Below, one piece after another: positions 52,701 through 64,000 of a stretch of 64,000 nt of DNA (position 1 is its first letter; each line of letters begins with the position of its first letter). Where the stretch lies: assembly GCA_002633005.1 (NCBI GenBank), contig NMRA01000543.1:149188-213187 (forward strand), written 5' to 3'. A program made the translations under genes and the position numbers. The stretch is from Phoronis australis (Eukaryota; Animalia; Phoronida). The notes under the pieces are model-generated. The model saw only the letters and a program-made list of their open reading frames with translations, was not told where the DNA came from and made no database searches.

Positions 52701-55700
52701 TTTTTAACGTCAACCACTTTGTAGAACAGATACTTATTCATAGTAATGAGTTATTGTTCCAGCAGCTTGTCTTCTTTTTATCTCTGGAGATGGCATTTGT
52801 GATGCACTTTAAATTATTCTGAACAAGTGTCTAGTATAAACCGATTTTTTGTTTTAGCGCATTGGCCTGATCTCAGCTACCCGGCATCTAGTCAAAAGGG
52901 GAGAGTTCATTCGTATTGTTAACGATCTGAGTGGCAGACGACCGTTTTCTAAGGCCAAGGCTAGTAAGCAGATGATCTACTTGTTTCTCTTCACTGACTT
53001 ACTACTGGTCACCAAGAAGAAGAGGTACGAGTAAACAGGATGTTTTGGCCTTTTCTGTGCTATTTTGAAAATGTGCTGTGGGTTGTTTAGAAATGCCGGT
53101 CTGATTTGATTCAATGTGAACCTGTACATTGTAGTGTAGCTAGACATTTTTTGTGTGTTTTATATTTCATAGGTCTGCACGTTGGAAAATAAGGTTTCAA
53201 CTTAAACCTAAACTGAGTGTCATTAAAGTCATACAGTTTGGCTTCATTTATGCTTATTTTGTGATTGCAGGCACGCTTTGCAACGGTTTTGAAATATTTG
53301 ATCGTTTCTCAATATTTTGTACGGATGAACCTGGTTTTGGGCTTTAAAACCTTTTAATGTTTAAGGGCTGTTCCAGCAAAATCTGTATGGGAGGGGGGAA
53401 GGCACTTTTATTTCGTACCCACCGCCCATATTTTTCATTTATTTCTCCAACCCATGACCCATAATTTTTTAATTATTTTTAATAGGTTAAAATATAAAAT
53501 CCAACACTTGCAAACAAATTGCCTCCAGGAGGACCTGTTAAGAACTTAAATGATTGACAGACAAGAACTAGTTGTCCTGTCCAATATTGTCAAAAACTAA
53601 AGTAGCCTGTGAGCAATACTTTTGGCAGCCACCAGGTGTCTCTGTTCACCATGTGTCTATAATTTCAATGAACATTTATTCATTTATAAGGATCTATGAA
53701 TCTCAAACTGTGTCCAGGAACTCTTTTATACTTCTATGTCAAGTGAATATTGGAACTTGTTTATCTTACTCCTCATACTTTTTATTTAAAATCATCAATT
53801 TTCTTATATGTGTTAAAACCAGTTTAGTGTTGCATAACTTTTCAATTCAATAGGACTGCAGACAAACAGTTGGCTCAATTCAAGTTGCCCATGACTTGAT
53901 TAATGGCTTAGTGAACATATTGCACTCTGTTCCCCGGCAATATGGGCTTTTTTGTATTGGGATAAGTTAGGGTATGTGGCAATTGCATTTATTTGAGTTT
54001 TGACCGCTGCAGTAACTAACCTGTCAACATGAACAGGTCAAAAAAACCACCCATTTTTAATGCATCACTTCTTACAGGAACGACCACCCATAATTTGAGT
54101 TTTTTTTCTGAAAACCACCACCCATGAATTTTTATTTCTGCTGCCGTCCCCCCCACACGGATTTTACTGGAACAGCCCTAAGCATTTCCAGCCTTTTTAT
54201 GTTTTTTTCTGAACATGTCATGTCATGCTAATTGTGATTAAGTCTGGGTTTTAAACAAACTATAGCAAAGCAATCCTTGACCAACTAAATCAAATGGGCA
54301 CATTTAGCGTGTGTTCTAGTGCCCAGTGTTTCCTGTCAGGTGAGAAGAATTTGTCAATGCGCATCAATCGTCCCTCATGAAAATGCTTCTTCTGACTTAT
54401 TTCATCTTGAGCTCATTGGATTGTAAAAACTCTATAGATAATACTTCTGTCGAATTATTAATGCTGACAGAGAGCATATTGTTGTGTCTGGTTTGAACCC
54501 GTCATTTTAAAGACCGCTTTTGTATTGTTTTGTTACGTTTTGCACCAAAATTGATGCAAGTAAACATTTGTTATTAGCGCGTTTTCTAAAAATGCCATAC
54601 CAGAGCCACCCAAGATATGTTCTTGGTTTCGCGTGACACAGTTGATTTAAAGCTCCATGCCATGTGTTTGAAAGCCATTGTACTTGGTGTGTATCCTATT
54701 GTCTTGTTTTAAAAATTTAATACAGTGAGCTAACATTCTTAACTGACTTGACTGACCTATGCCTCAGGACACCCTGAGGTGCATGGGGCCTCTGTAACTG
54801 CTCGCCATCTGGTCTGTTTGGTAGCCTTTGTTCATGTCTTGTTCCAAGACATGCCAATAAAGAGGTGTTCAGATGTCACAGTTCTTCTCCAATTTTCACA
54901 GGCCTTTCTCGCTTCAGTCTCCCTTGGGGATTCCATGTAAGGACAAGCTTGGTGGTATTTGCACTTGGCTTACGTAGTGTGTGACCTATCCACCTCCACT
55001 TCCTCTTTTTAATCTGGATCTGTATAGCTTCCTGCCTGGCTCTGTTCCACTCGGTTTCATGTGTTACTCTGTCAGACCACTTGATTTGCAGAATTTGATG
55101 CAGACGTCTGTTTGTGACCATTTTGAAGCATTCTTAATTACGCATGAAAAAACCATGGACGTTGTTGAGCATATTGCTTCAGTGAAAATATTCCTTTGCT
55201 ACTAACTAAATTTATTTCAGTTTGCTGGTGTTGATTGTTTGTCCTCAGGAGACAATGTGGCTCAGTGGTCTCAACTCGACACTTGTTTGGGATAGCCGGG
55301 TTTGAATCCTGATTTTAATGGCAGATTATCAAGCGGTGCATATAGGAGTCTCCTTCTCCTGTGAGTGTTGTCACTCGTACTAAGGAATGAATGACAAACT
55401 GGATATAATGCGAAAACAATTTCTTGGGGTGTACTCGTATTACGAAAAATAGTGTTATAACTGTGTACAGATGGAGCTGATCGCAGTATGTTGCTGCTAT
55501 ATTCGGAAAATATTTGATCACTTTCTAATTATTGGTTGCTTTCAGTGAGGATCTGTTTTCTGTGATTGACTATGCACAGAGGAGCTCGTTGCTAGTAGAG
55601 CCCATTGACGACACGACCAATGAACCGCGTTTAAAACTGGGCGTGCCCAGCAAATGCGACCACCTGTTCATCTTAGTACTTCTGGAGAATTACGAAGGAA

Positions 55701-58700
55701 AGAGCGTCGAGTTCATTCTTTCCTGTGAATCACCGTGAGTGTCACTGTCATTTGTATGTAACCTATTGGTAAAGATGAGAACTTGACAGATCATCACATT
55801 AGAATATCAACAATTTCGAACAAAAGTAATTGCCAAAAATGAGTCTTTTTGTTATTCACAAGCTTATAACATTGTTTAAATGTCCGCAATTTCTCATTGT
55901 CTGAAAGTAAGTATGACGTAGACCTTTAAAATGGTGTACTTATTTTTTATTACAAAAAGGAAAACAAAATTTCACTTGTCGGCCATATTGTGTCCTAAAT
56001 TGGTGACATTTTACTGCATCTTATGTTTTTGGTTCTTATCGTACTTTTTGCATTTCGTTTCTCAACTATTCACATTAGCAACCACAATAGTATTTTTAGC
56101 ATCCAACTAATACTTTTCTCTCAGCTGGTCTGATACAACTCGAGTACACGAACATGTACTTTATGTTGTGTCATTCCAGACCAATGTTAATGTGAGGAGA
56201 CGGAATTTTCGTTGTAGATGTTTGTCTATTTGTTGTGTCTTAAAATGCACCTTTTTGCTGGCTATGTTTATCATGCTTCATTCTAAAGTTACAATTTGTA
56301 TGTGTATTTTTATGGCAAGGCTTCGTATTATGTACGTGTACAGCAAAAGGGATACACTCGATTCGCTCACTTTGTGTATGCTGATTCAGCTGGGCTGAGA
56401 CATCTGATTGGTTAGTGAATCGGAAGGCATAATCAGGAACCAATCAGCTGTTTGGAGGGGTTGACCCACCTGTCCTGGCATGCGAGTGTATCAAGGGCAG
56501 CCAACAAAACGTCCTTGGCATGTGTTTTTTTTTGTTCGTGGACTTATGCAGTTTTTGTATGGCTTCTTTGTTGATTTTAAAACAGATTTTGTTTTGCTGC
56601 CTCAGCACTGCTGGTCACCTCAGTATTCGTTTTGTTGCACCTTTGTCTAGTGTTAACCGCATGTTGCCACTGCCGCTTGTTCTAGGAGTGACCGTGCCCG
56701 TTGGATGGAAGCTATCACCCCTGTTCAGGAAAATACTGGTGAAAAAATTTACGAGGCCTGGGGTAGGTTATGAAAAGAATCTTGATTGTTTCGAGTCAAC
56801 TTCATGTTAAGCTGTTATGTTGTATCGCTTTTGCTTCTTTGTAAGCTGAAACTACGCATGTCTCAGAAGCGTGTACAAAAAGGTGGTTGGCTGCATGAAT
56901 GAATACAACACTGTGGCTGGCCCTTTGACCAAAGCCTGTAACCACCGTAATATGTGATTGAATCCTAAGATTGCGCCTGAAAGTCGGACTCTGGGGTCGA
57001 CTGTGTGATCACAGCTGATTTGCCAGGATAACAATGAGTCATAAATACTCCTGGAGTTTGCTTCAAAAAAGGGACTTTTAGGACTTAAGTTAAAAATTTA
57101 GTCCGCAGAACTATTTCTGAAAGATAGCCAAATCTCACTTGAGCGAAAGTGCAAAGTCTCCGAGAATATAACTGCTAGTTACTGAGATAATTTCTAAGAT
57201 TTATCCAAGACTGGTGCACTCACAATTACTTGGCTAAACCTTTTTTCAGTAATTGCGAAATGGGAGCGTAAGGCCAAACTTCTTAATGCCTCAAGTCTTG
57301 TGTCATTTTTCACGAAACAGGTCCCTGGGCTAGTAAATGAGCTGTGATCCCTGCAGACTCGCAGAATCTGATTTCCAACTTTAATAAGTGTATGTATAAG
57401 ATTTGACCTCTGTATTCAGAAGGCTAACCTGTCTGGGCGCAGAATGTTCCATTACAGCCATGTAATTTAGCAATTAAGCCTGAGTAGTCACTGAATTGAT
57501 TTCCCCTAACTTTCACATTGAGTTATATCCAACTATTATTCATAGTCCAATGAACTTTTGTCATTACCTGCACTTGTTCCCTCTTAAATTTCAGACTGTC
57601 CACAAGTTCAAGTGATCCACACCTACACAGCTCAGCAGCCCGATGAACTGACCCTGGAGGAGTCAGATGTGGTCAATGTTCTCCGCAAGATAACTGATGG
57701 TAGGGAAGTTAACGTCATTTGGCGGCAATGCGTCCAAACTTTGCTCAAGACTGAACTCCAAAATTGACCAATAGCAAGCCAAGTTTCAAGTTTCAAATTG
57801 GATATATGATTGGTCAACTTTTAGTGTACCTAATGTAGACATTTCTGGGTTTGGATTTCATTGGTTGCTGGTAAAATGTGTCCTCCTTTTAATTATTAGT
57901 TTCAAAATGCAATGTACGTTAGTCATCCAGTCGACTGAGTTATAAATTAGTCGAAAACAGGCCAGTCTTATCAATGGGAACTACAAATAATGTTAGGAAC
58001 ACGGGTTTTGTTTCAGTGTGGTGACACTGAATCTGTTGAGACTGAAAATCATGTTCAGGACAGACGAGTGAAATTTATGTTTTCCGTCGTTTTTATGTTT
58101 TTTTACCAGACAGTGTTTTGCAAGAATTTTAGAAGCTTAAAAAACCAAAAAAATGATTTTTGCAATGTCGTTTGTCCCAAATTTGTGAGATTTCAACATG
58201 CATTGCATATACTGTTGATCGTTGTGCTTTATTTCTAAATACTGAGCATAGCTTTGCATCTGTGAGAAAAGAAACAATCAAGGTATGAAAGGTCAATCAA
58301 ATTCACTTGCAAATCTCAGTGGTTTTAGGTGAGCTACTGAAATATTAACTCGCACACTTTCGATGTATCTGGTTTCAAATAAATTTTAGGATAAGCCTTT
58401 AATTAGCTCAATAGTTAATGAGAAACCAAATCGAATATGCTTTAGACAAAGTGCTGTGAGTCTCTTTGTAACTTGGCCATAGAACTGTCCCGCGTGTCTC
58501 TGCTCTAGTTTGCACATTCACGATCTTCATAAGTCAGTTGTGTAGGCTGTTGTCTTTGTGTAGGGTATTGTCATTGTATTCTTATTGTATAACTGTTGCT
58601 GTATGTGTAGGTTAGTACATTGTCTTCTTCTCATTGTATAATTGTTGATTATGTATAGGTTGGTATGAGGGTGAGCGTATACGAGACGGTCAGAAAGGCT

Positions 58701-59700
58701 GGTTTCCTGCCGAGTACACCGTGGAGATCAAGAACTCCCATGTGCGCAATCGCAACCTCCGTCAACGCTATCGCCTCCTAGCGGCTGCAAGTCGAGCCAT
58801 CTCTGACGTGCTGCCCCCTAAACCCAAGCGTATTGACTTCTATTAGGCGAGAGTACGCTAAGTCTTTTCAATCCTTGCATGATCTCATTTAGTCTTGCTT
58901 TTAAACTGCATGTTACTTAAAACTCTCACATAACTTTGCATTTGAATTTTTGCTGTTGTATCGACAACTGTTATTGGTCTATCACACTTCAGCAAAACCA
59001 TTTGTGAACGATTCTTTATCTTGTCCTGTCCTTTTGCAATTGACCTCCAGTCCCTCTGGCATTTTAATTCTCGCAATTTTTGATTCCCCACTTCTCTCTC
59101 ATTTGTGTGCTAAGCTGTAGTCGACTCCATCTGAAATCTCCATTATTAATTTGAAGTGCATTTAAAATTTGATTCTCACCACCTGTGCAAAAAGAAAGTC
59201 AGTTGATTATGGAATTTACCTCCAGAACATTCACAAATTTGACCCCGTTTTATGCGAATGCATGTCGTCACAGTACCTTGGACTTAACCGTGCTGAAGAT
59301 GTGCCACCCATGTCCAGCACTCAATGTTTGTTCGTTATGTAGCCAATGGTATGCTGTTGGCATGCTTATGAATTCTGGTAGAAGTGATATAGTGAAAGCA
59401 AACCCTGTCTTATTGCTGCACTTCAATTCAATGATGGGTTATCAACAAGGAGGATGAAATTGTTAAGTCTCCCCTGGATTTCATGAAGCTTTCCTTTTCT
59501 TACCTGTAGGCTGGTATGAGGGTGAGAATCTGAGAAATGGTGTAAGGGGATGGTTCCCTAGCAATGTTGCCGTGGAAATCCAAAATACCCATGTGCGAGC
59601 CCGAGTACTACGAGACCGCTGGAAGATCTTGACGAGGCTGGCCAAACTGACCAATCAGCCTGGGCAACAGAGAAGTCAGCGCAAGTCGTCCAACTTCTGA
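31788..59700 (+). CDS. Ephexin/SGEF (ARHGEF16/26/NGEF-like) DH-PH-SH3 RhoGEF. Exons: 31788-32562, 35833(or 35857)-35923, 38844-38967, 40114-40694, 41034-41101, 41852-41893, 43951-44038, 45136-45280, 45984-46128, 47066-47182, 48004(or 48028)-48152, 48829-49007, 49699-49857, 50914-51121, 51428-51523, 52858-53024, 55546-55734, 56686-56762, 57595-57699, then 58659-58846 or 59510-59700 (about 1230 aa)
   Basis: All junctions are GT-AG and phase-compatible (3693 nt with last exon A). Family motifs: [55 protein letters not shown] (DH); [25 protein letters not shown] (PH); [32 protein letters not shown] (SH3). The N-terminal exons are less certain than the domain exons. Confidence 0.9.
32552..32769 (+). 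repeat. 42-bp minisatellite that starts inside RhoGEF coding exon 1 and runs into an N gap (32770-33160)
   Basis: Unit TTAAGTTCAGGGTAGTCAACCAGTACATGGTAACGAACTGGC. The first degenerate unit contains the exon donor CATG|GTAAGG. Confidence 0.92.
32770..33160. other. Assembly gap (N run)
   Basis: Run of N directly after the 42-bp minisatellite. Confidence 0.99.
37625..37845. mobile_element. MITE with CATGTGCACACCCA / TGGGTGCGCGCATG ends
   Basis: Imperfect TIRs with a G-run next to the left TIR. The TSD is unclear. Confidence 0.6.
39541..39735. mobile_element. MITE with CCCAGGGG..GTCACTCATATT TIRs
   Basis: Left CCCAGGGGGGGGGGGGTCACTCATATT and right AATATGAGTGACCCCTGGG. Confidence 0.7.
39791..40076. 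mobile_element. TA-flanked MITE with 21-bp TIRs, ending just upstream of a RhoGEF acceptor
   Basis: GGACACCTTTGTTACCAAGGA versus TCCTTGGTAACGAAGGTGTCC (20/21 match), with TA on both sides. Confidence 0.82.
42821..43845. mobile_element. About 1-kb non-autonomous DNA transposon with TA TSD (Tc1/mariner-pogo-like)
   Basis: TIR GGGGAAGTTCGGGGAAA / TTTCCCCGAACTACCCC (16/17 match), TA flanks and internal subterminal repeats GGGGAAATT(C/T)GGAC. Confidence 0.85.
51476..51681 (+). repeat. Degenerate tandem repeat of about 60 bp derived from the 3' end of RhoGEF exon 51428-51523 and its donor
   Basis: GATGTGCTTGATTGACAGAC..AAGGAACCAATCAAA-GTAGGT recurs with the donor changed to CTAGGT and ATAGGT. Confidence 0.8.
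52110..52270. repeat. Imperfect foldback/palindromic element
   Basis: GGTCAAGAGGCTAAGACATCTGATTGG pairs with CCTATTAGATGTCTTAGCCATGTGACC. Confidence 0.65.
53365..54178. mobile_element. PIF/Harbinger-type non-autonomous element with TAA TSD
   Basis: TIRs GGGCTGTTCCAGCAAAATCTGT / ACGGATTTTACTGGAACAGCCC, with TAA on both flanks. Confidence 0.85.
54735..55125 (-). mobile_element. 5'-truncated RTE-clade LINE 3' fragment
   Basis: Translation [40 protein letters not shown] is typical of the RTE ORF C-terminus. Short AGTC-type repeats at the tail. Confidence 0.85.
55250..55430 (+). mobile_element. tRNA-derived SINE, full head and body
   Basis: GTGGCTCAGTGG..GGGTTTGAATCCTG..TGGCAGA..GAGTCTCCTTCTC..GAATGAATGAC..GCGAAAACAATTTCTTGGGG. 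Confidence 0.72.
58659..58846 (+). CDS. RhoGEF alternative last exon A (second half of SH3 plus tail ending PKRIDFY)
   Basis: tatag acceptor, phase 1: [45 protein letters not shown]-stop. Confidence 0.88.
59510..59700 (+). CDS. RhoGEF alternative last exon B (paralogous second half of SH3 plus tail ending RKSSNF)
   Basis: Strong polypyrimidine acceptor ttccttttcttacctgtag, phase 1: [45 protein letters not shown]-stop. Confidence 0.85.
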
Positions 59701-60004
59701 GACACAAGGGCCGCAAGTACATGCATGAGGGGCAACATGGAGTCAGCTATAATATTATTCGGTGTAGTGGTACTATTTGGTGGTGTCTTCAACTTCTGCT
59801 CTTAATCGAATTCTGCGACAAGTGCATTGTTTTTGTTTCGACTCATTTTTATGTCAAAATTTAGTAACTATTGGATTTTCATTATTATTGAAAATACACT
59901 CCTTTAACTTGACGTCCTGGCCAACTTAAGTGAGGCTGTACTCACTCTCAATTGTGGTTAACATTTAGTTTGCCACAATTTAGTGCTACGAGCTATTATG
60001 TGCT

Positions 60005-60090
60005 TCTTTCATCATCCATGGGACAGATTTTGAGGGACTTTAATAAACACTGTTTGTGCAATGTACCTGGATGACATCATCGTGATAACA
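60005..60090 (+). mobile_element. Tiny decayed Ty3/gypsy reverse-transcriptase fragment
   Basis: With one frameshift it reads SSMGQILRD-INTVCAMYLDDIIV, resembling the gypsy RT YLDDII motif. Confidence 0.5.
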
Positions 60091-62561
60091 TTGTCTAATC
60101 CACTGTATGGTCAATTTTTGACAAACCTCCATACTGGACTTTCCATAAACTAGACAGTAATAGTATAGAAGCGTGCAAGTATAACTCCTCAGTGTAGTTT
60201 CAGGAAGTTTCTAACTTGTTTTAAAAAAAGACATTAAAATGTATTTTCTTAACCAATTTTCTGAAATAGTATTGCTCTAAACCGTCTGAGCTACGTTTTT
60301 TTTTAACTACTTTGGAACAATGTGCAGTTCCAGTTAAACTTTGTTTTGGGAACAAACTCGACAATCTGAGTTATTGTTGAGTCCAATTCATTAATCTGGG
60401 CCAGTTTTGTAAAATTTTGTTCTAAACCATTTGTGCTGCTGTGTTGTGGATTCCATTTAAGCAAAATACAGTTCCAGTTAGGTTTACTTTGCTTGAGAAC
60501 AAACCTGGCAATGTGAGACATATCATTATAATTAATGTTATGTAATTTTTTTATAATCTACAAAAATTACGTAGTATTTATATGAATGTGTTTATATTTA
60601 CTTACTAAGAGTAGTTAATTTTGAAAATGTTGTTACAAATGTCTAAGCTGTTAGGATATTTAGGATGTATAGTATGTATTGTAACTAGTTAATTTTATAC
60701 TAACATTTTTAAGGTTATGTGGGACCCTTGAAAAATATCAGAGCTTGTCAGAAGTAACCCATCAGATTCAAATACTAATGGTTTATCTACTGTTCCCCAG
60801 AGGGTGTTTAGGCATTGATTTACTATCAAAAATAGGACTTAATTATAAAAAATAAAAAATTGTTGCACAAAACAAAACAATATCTTAAGTTAGAAAACTT
60901 AATAATATTTTTGAGATTTCATTGTTAATATCAATGTATAAAAAGAAATTATCAATGAACCATGATTCCTTTTTGCTTAATTTCTCTAAAAAGATACCGT
61001 CATTTCACCAAGTCTCGTATAACCTTAAAAATCTGTTCAATTCATTGAAGACTCCAGTGGAATAAAGGAAACATTGCCTCAAAAAATGATGATGACTTTA
61101 TACACGAGGGTAACGAGTGCAGGTTGAAATGTGAATGTAGTTTCTCGTAAGATGAATTTGACACTTAAATGATTAAGCAGATGTGACACTTTCCTAAAGC
61201 TCTTAGTTGGATCCAACAGAACTGGGCTGAGAGATTTTACGTTAATGGGACTCTAAAGGCCCCTCCAAAGTGTACAACCTAAAACAATTGTGTTCATCAA
61301 CTTGTCCTCATATTCAGGGGAGGTCCAACTTTCGTGAGTATGAGTTGTGCAAGAGCTCCACCCGCAACGTGGAATGTGGTTTGTGTAAGATTAACTATTC
61401 GCATTTTGGTGACCACAGATCTAGACAGCAAGGTCATAAACCAATCAGCCCATTGACAATATGATGAAATATTGTGTTCTTGGTGATTGTTCAACTGGCA
61501 GCGCTCAAAGAATTTCCGCTGAGGTCAGCCAATGTGGAAGAAAAGTTTTGTTAGGAAACATTTGTAAAAGGTGTGGAGAAACAAAAGTTAACATCTTGTG
61601 GCTCAGTTTTTTACATCTACGGTGATCTTGTTAATAGTTTTTAGCTCATGTGTGATTTCTATAGATATTTTTTGGAATAAGAACTAACAATTCGAATTTT
61701 ATGCTGTTTTAGTTTTATGCGCACAAAAAGACAATTTATGACTTTTTTGTTTGTAATGTAAGGGAAGTTGTTGGGTGTCTTCTATTATGGGAAACTATTG
61801 TTACCTATTAATGATGACTTAGATCCTTTGTTATCTTTGCTCTAACAAAAATACAAATTTAATCCATATACACCAATTGTATTCATTAAACTTCAACATT
61901 TCATAAATCATCCATTTCCACGTCCATAGTTTAATCATAAAACTGTAAAAATGACACAGCTTGACACATGCCAGACTATTTACACTTATGTACACAATGT
62001 AAGGGACTAATATCATTTGATGTGGCTGCATGTTTACACTTGCTGATAAAAATTGAGCAATAAAATCAAGGAACATTGAGCACTCTTAACCACATATAAA
62101 AACTCACACTTTACAAGGTTTGCATGCTAAGACAATTCCTAAGGCACTTCTGAACTTAACAGTCTCCACTGGTTGGCTGACATCCACATCACACCGAAGA
62201 GTTCTCAGTACTCTCGAAAATATAAAAAAACAGGCTTAAAGTGAGTGAAAACAAGACGTCTGTTGAAATGTAGTAAGAACAACACAGACTGTTTACCACT
62301 CGCACAATTTTTGCCGAAAATGCCCGTTTTTACCAACCGGGTTTTTAGGACTGGCTCGTGTTTTGAGAACGTGTTCAGTGTGACACGACCTTAGCACAAC
62401 TCTGTGCGAAAACTTGTACAAAAGACACAGTCTTCTTACAAGTGAGGAAGATATGCATTCTCTTTAAACTCTTACAACAGGTATGCACCATTTACTGTAC
62501 AAAACGTTTCTATAAAAATAATGATAAATCTCGCAAAAACAAATAATTTACAAAATCAAAT

Positions 62562-63915
62562 TTAAACCATAATCCGTGAACCCGGAACGTACTTCGACTC
62601 CATCCACAAGTTCGTCTCTCCGCAGTTAGTCGGTTTTCGTTTACACTGCGCACATCTTTTGTATTTATCGCATTGTTCATGTACAAGTATTCCGCCTTCC
62701 ATTGAGCGCAATTTTTCCTCCAACTCTCTCTGCTTTTTCTCTTCTGCCGCTTTCATCCAATTGTCTTCCAACCTCTTGCGTTGTGCATACATACGCTCGT
62801 ACCGTTTGGCTCGGTCCTCTAGAAGCCTACAAAGAAGAAAATTATTTTTACAATCAATGCTCGATGAACATGTCCTATCAACAATTTTTATGGAAAAAGT
62901 AATTCATTTAAAAAATTCTTGTCATAGCACGGGCATTTTCATATTCTTTTTAACAGCACACATAATGTTTCCCATCACAGAAGTTTGCTTTTATTGGAAA
63001 CTGAATTCCGGACAACACTATCCATCATAATTATCTTAAGTCAGCAAAAATTATCAACTCCATCTATTGACCATTCCAAAAATCAAATGCAGATTATTAA
63101 ATCCAGAAGTTTGAGATGGCATACACCATGGGTTGGTAAATTCGCAAAACTCGAAACTGGTTTCCAAAGTCCTTCAAATCGGTTTATTTTCTACTTACTC
63201 GGCTTTGGCTCGGTTGATTGTTGTTTCTTCGTCCTGTTGTTCATTCATCTGTTTTATAATAGCATTTCTCTTGCGTTGCGCCACAATCTCTTGTTGATCA
63301 GAGAACAGTTGGCGGGCACGCAGCTTCTTCTCCAGGAGTTTATCATTGGTCATGTCATCTTTGCCGAAAATTGGTTCGGATGAATCTGGTTCTCTGGCCG
63401 GAATTGGAATAGGTTTGAAACGGAGCTGCAATAAAAACAATTGGATTGTAAGATATTGTAAAAGGATTTATGATAAGAAACTCCATTGAAATGGCACAAA
63501 CAGTTGGTAAAAACCAGCTCCTTCATAGTGCTGTCACTTTGATTAGAAGTTTTCCGTATTTTCTAGTAATTTCATCTTTTAGGTATAGCTTTTATAAGTT
63601 GAGGGTATGTATAACTGCTTCTAATGTATTTGTGGATATTGTCTTGATTTTATTTCAAATTGACCAATAAGAGCTATGCATAAGCCTGTTGCTGATACAA
63701 CTGAATGTTGGCACACTTTTACATCAACTACAGCTGTCTGACTGTCTCTCATTGAAATCTTGTATTGACGCACACGATGCGATTACTCATGAATGCCAAT
63801 AAGACAGAGTAGACAGAGATGGAAAAAAGTGAAAAGCAATGGTACTAGCACTTACTGATCTTGCTTCGTCCAAAGGTGGCAAACCGTTAATAGTGTAGTG
63901 ATGCTTAAGTCGTAT
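62562..63915 (-). CDS. CCDC81: 3' part of coiled-coil domain-containing protein 81. Exons 63425-63199 and 62826-62562, plus a probable 60-nt exon 63915-63856. The gene continues beyond the window.
   Basis: C-terminus HEQCDKYKRCAQCKRKPTNCGETNLWMESKYVPGSRIMV resembles the CCDC81 C-terminus as I recall it. Upstream exon has PDSSEPIFGK and coiled coil. Splice phases are compatible. Confidence 0.82.
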
Positions 63916-64000
63916 CTGATTTCAATAAGAAAGAATATTGAAAGATGAGAACTTGGTTGAAGAAGAAACAAAGAAAGAGAGAAGTAGAGGGTGGCAATCG

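Overview
Eukaryotic (metazoan, invertebrate-like) genomic window with GT-AG spliced genes. No prokaryotic or CRISPR system is visible. I reconstructed five protein-coding genes by hand: (1) ILKAP-type PP2C phosphatase (minus, 8 exons, about 352 aa), whose first and last exons each appear twice across single-N contig joins, probably allelic duplications; (2) an intronless ER-lumen saposin-fold (Canopy-like) protein ending in PDEL (plus); (3) a two-exon single-domain nucleoredoxin/tryparedoxin-like WCPPC oxidoreductase (minus); (4) a phase-consistent 20-exon Ephexin/SGEF-family DH-PH-SH3 RhoGEF of about 1230 aa (plus); (5) the 3' end of CCDC81 (minus). Intergenic and intronic DNA holds many MITEs (5-bp, TA and TAA target duplications), a tRNA-derived SINE family, LINE/LTR fragments, minisatellites and hammerhead-like remnants. 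The most notable signal is in the RhoGEF: two paralogous alternative last exons each complete the same split SH3 domain with a different tail and are surrounded by TGCATG (Rbfox-type) motifs. Tandem repeats also span three splice sites of this gene. All calls are by eye, without database searches.
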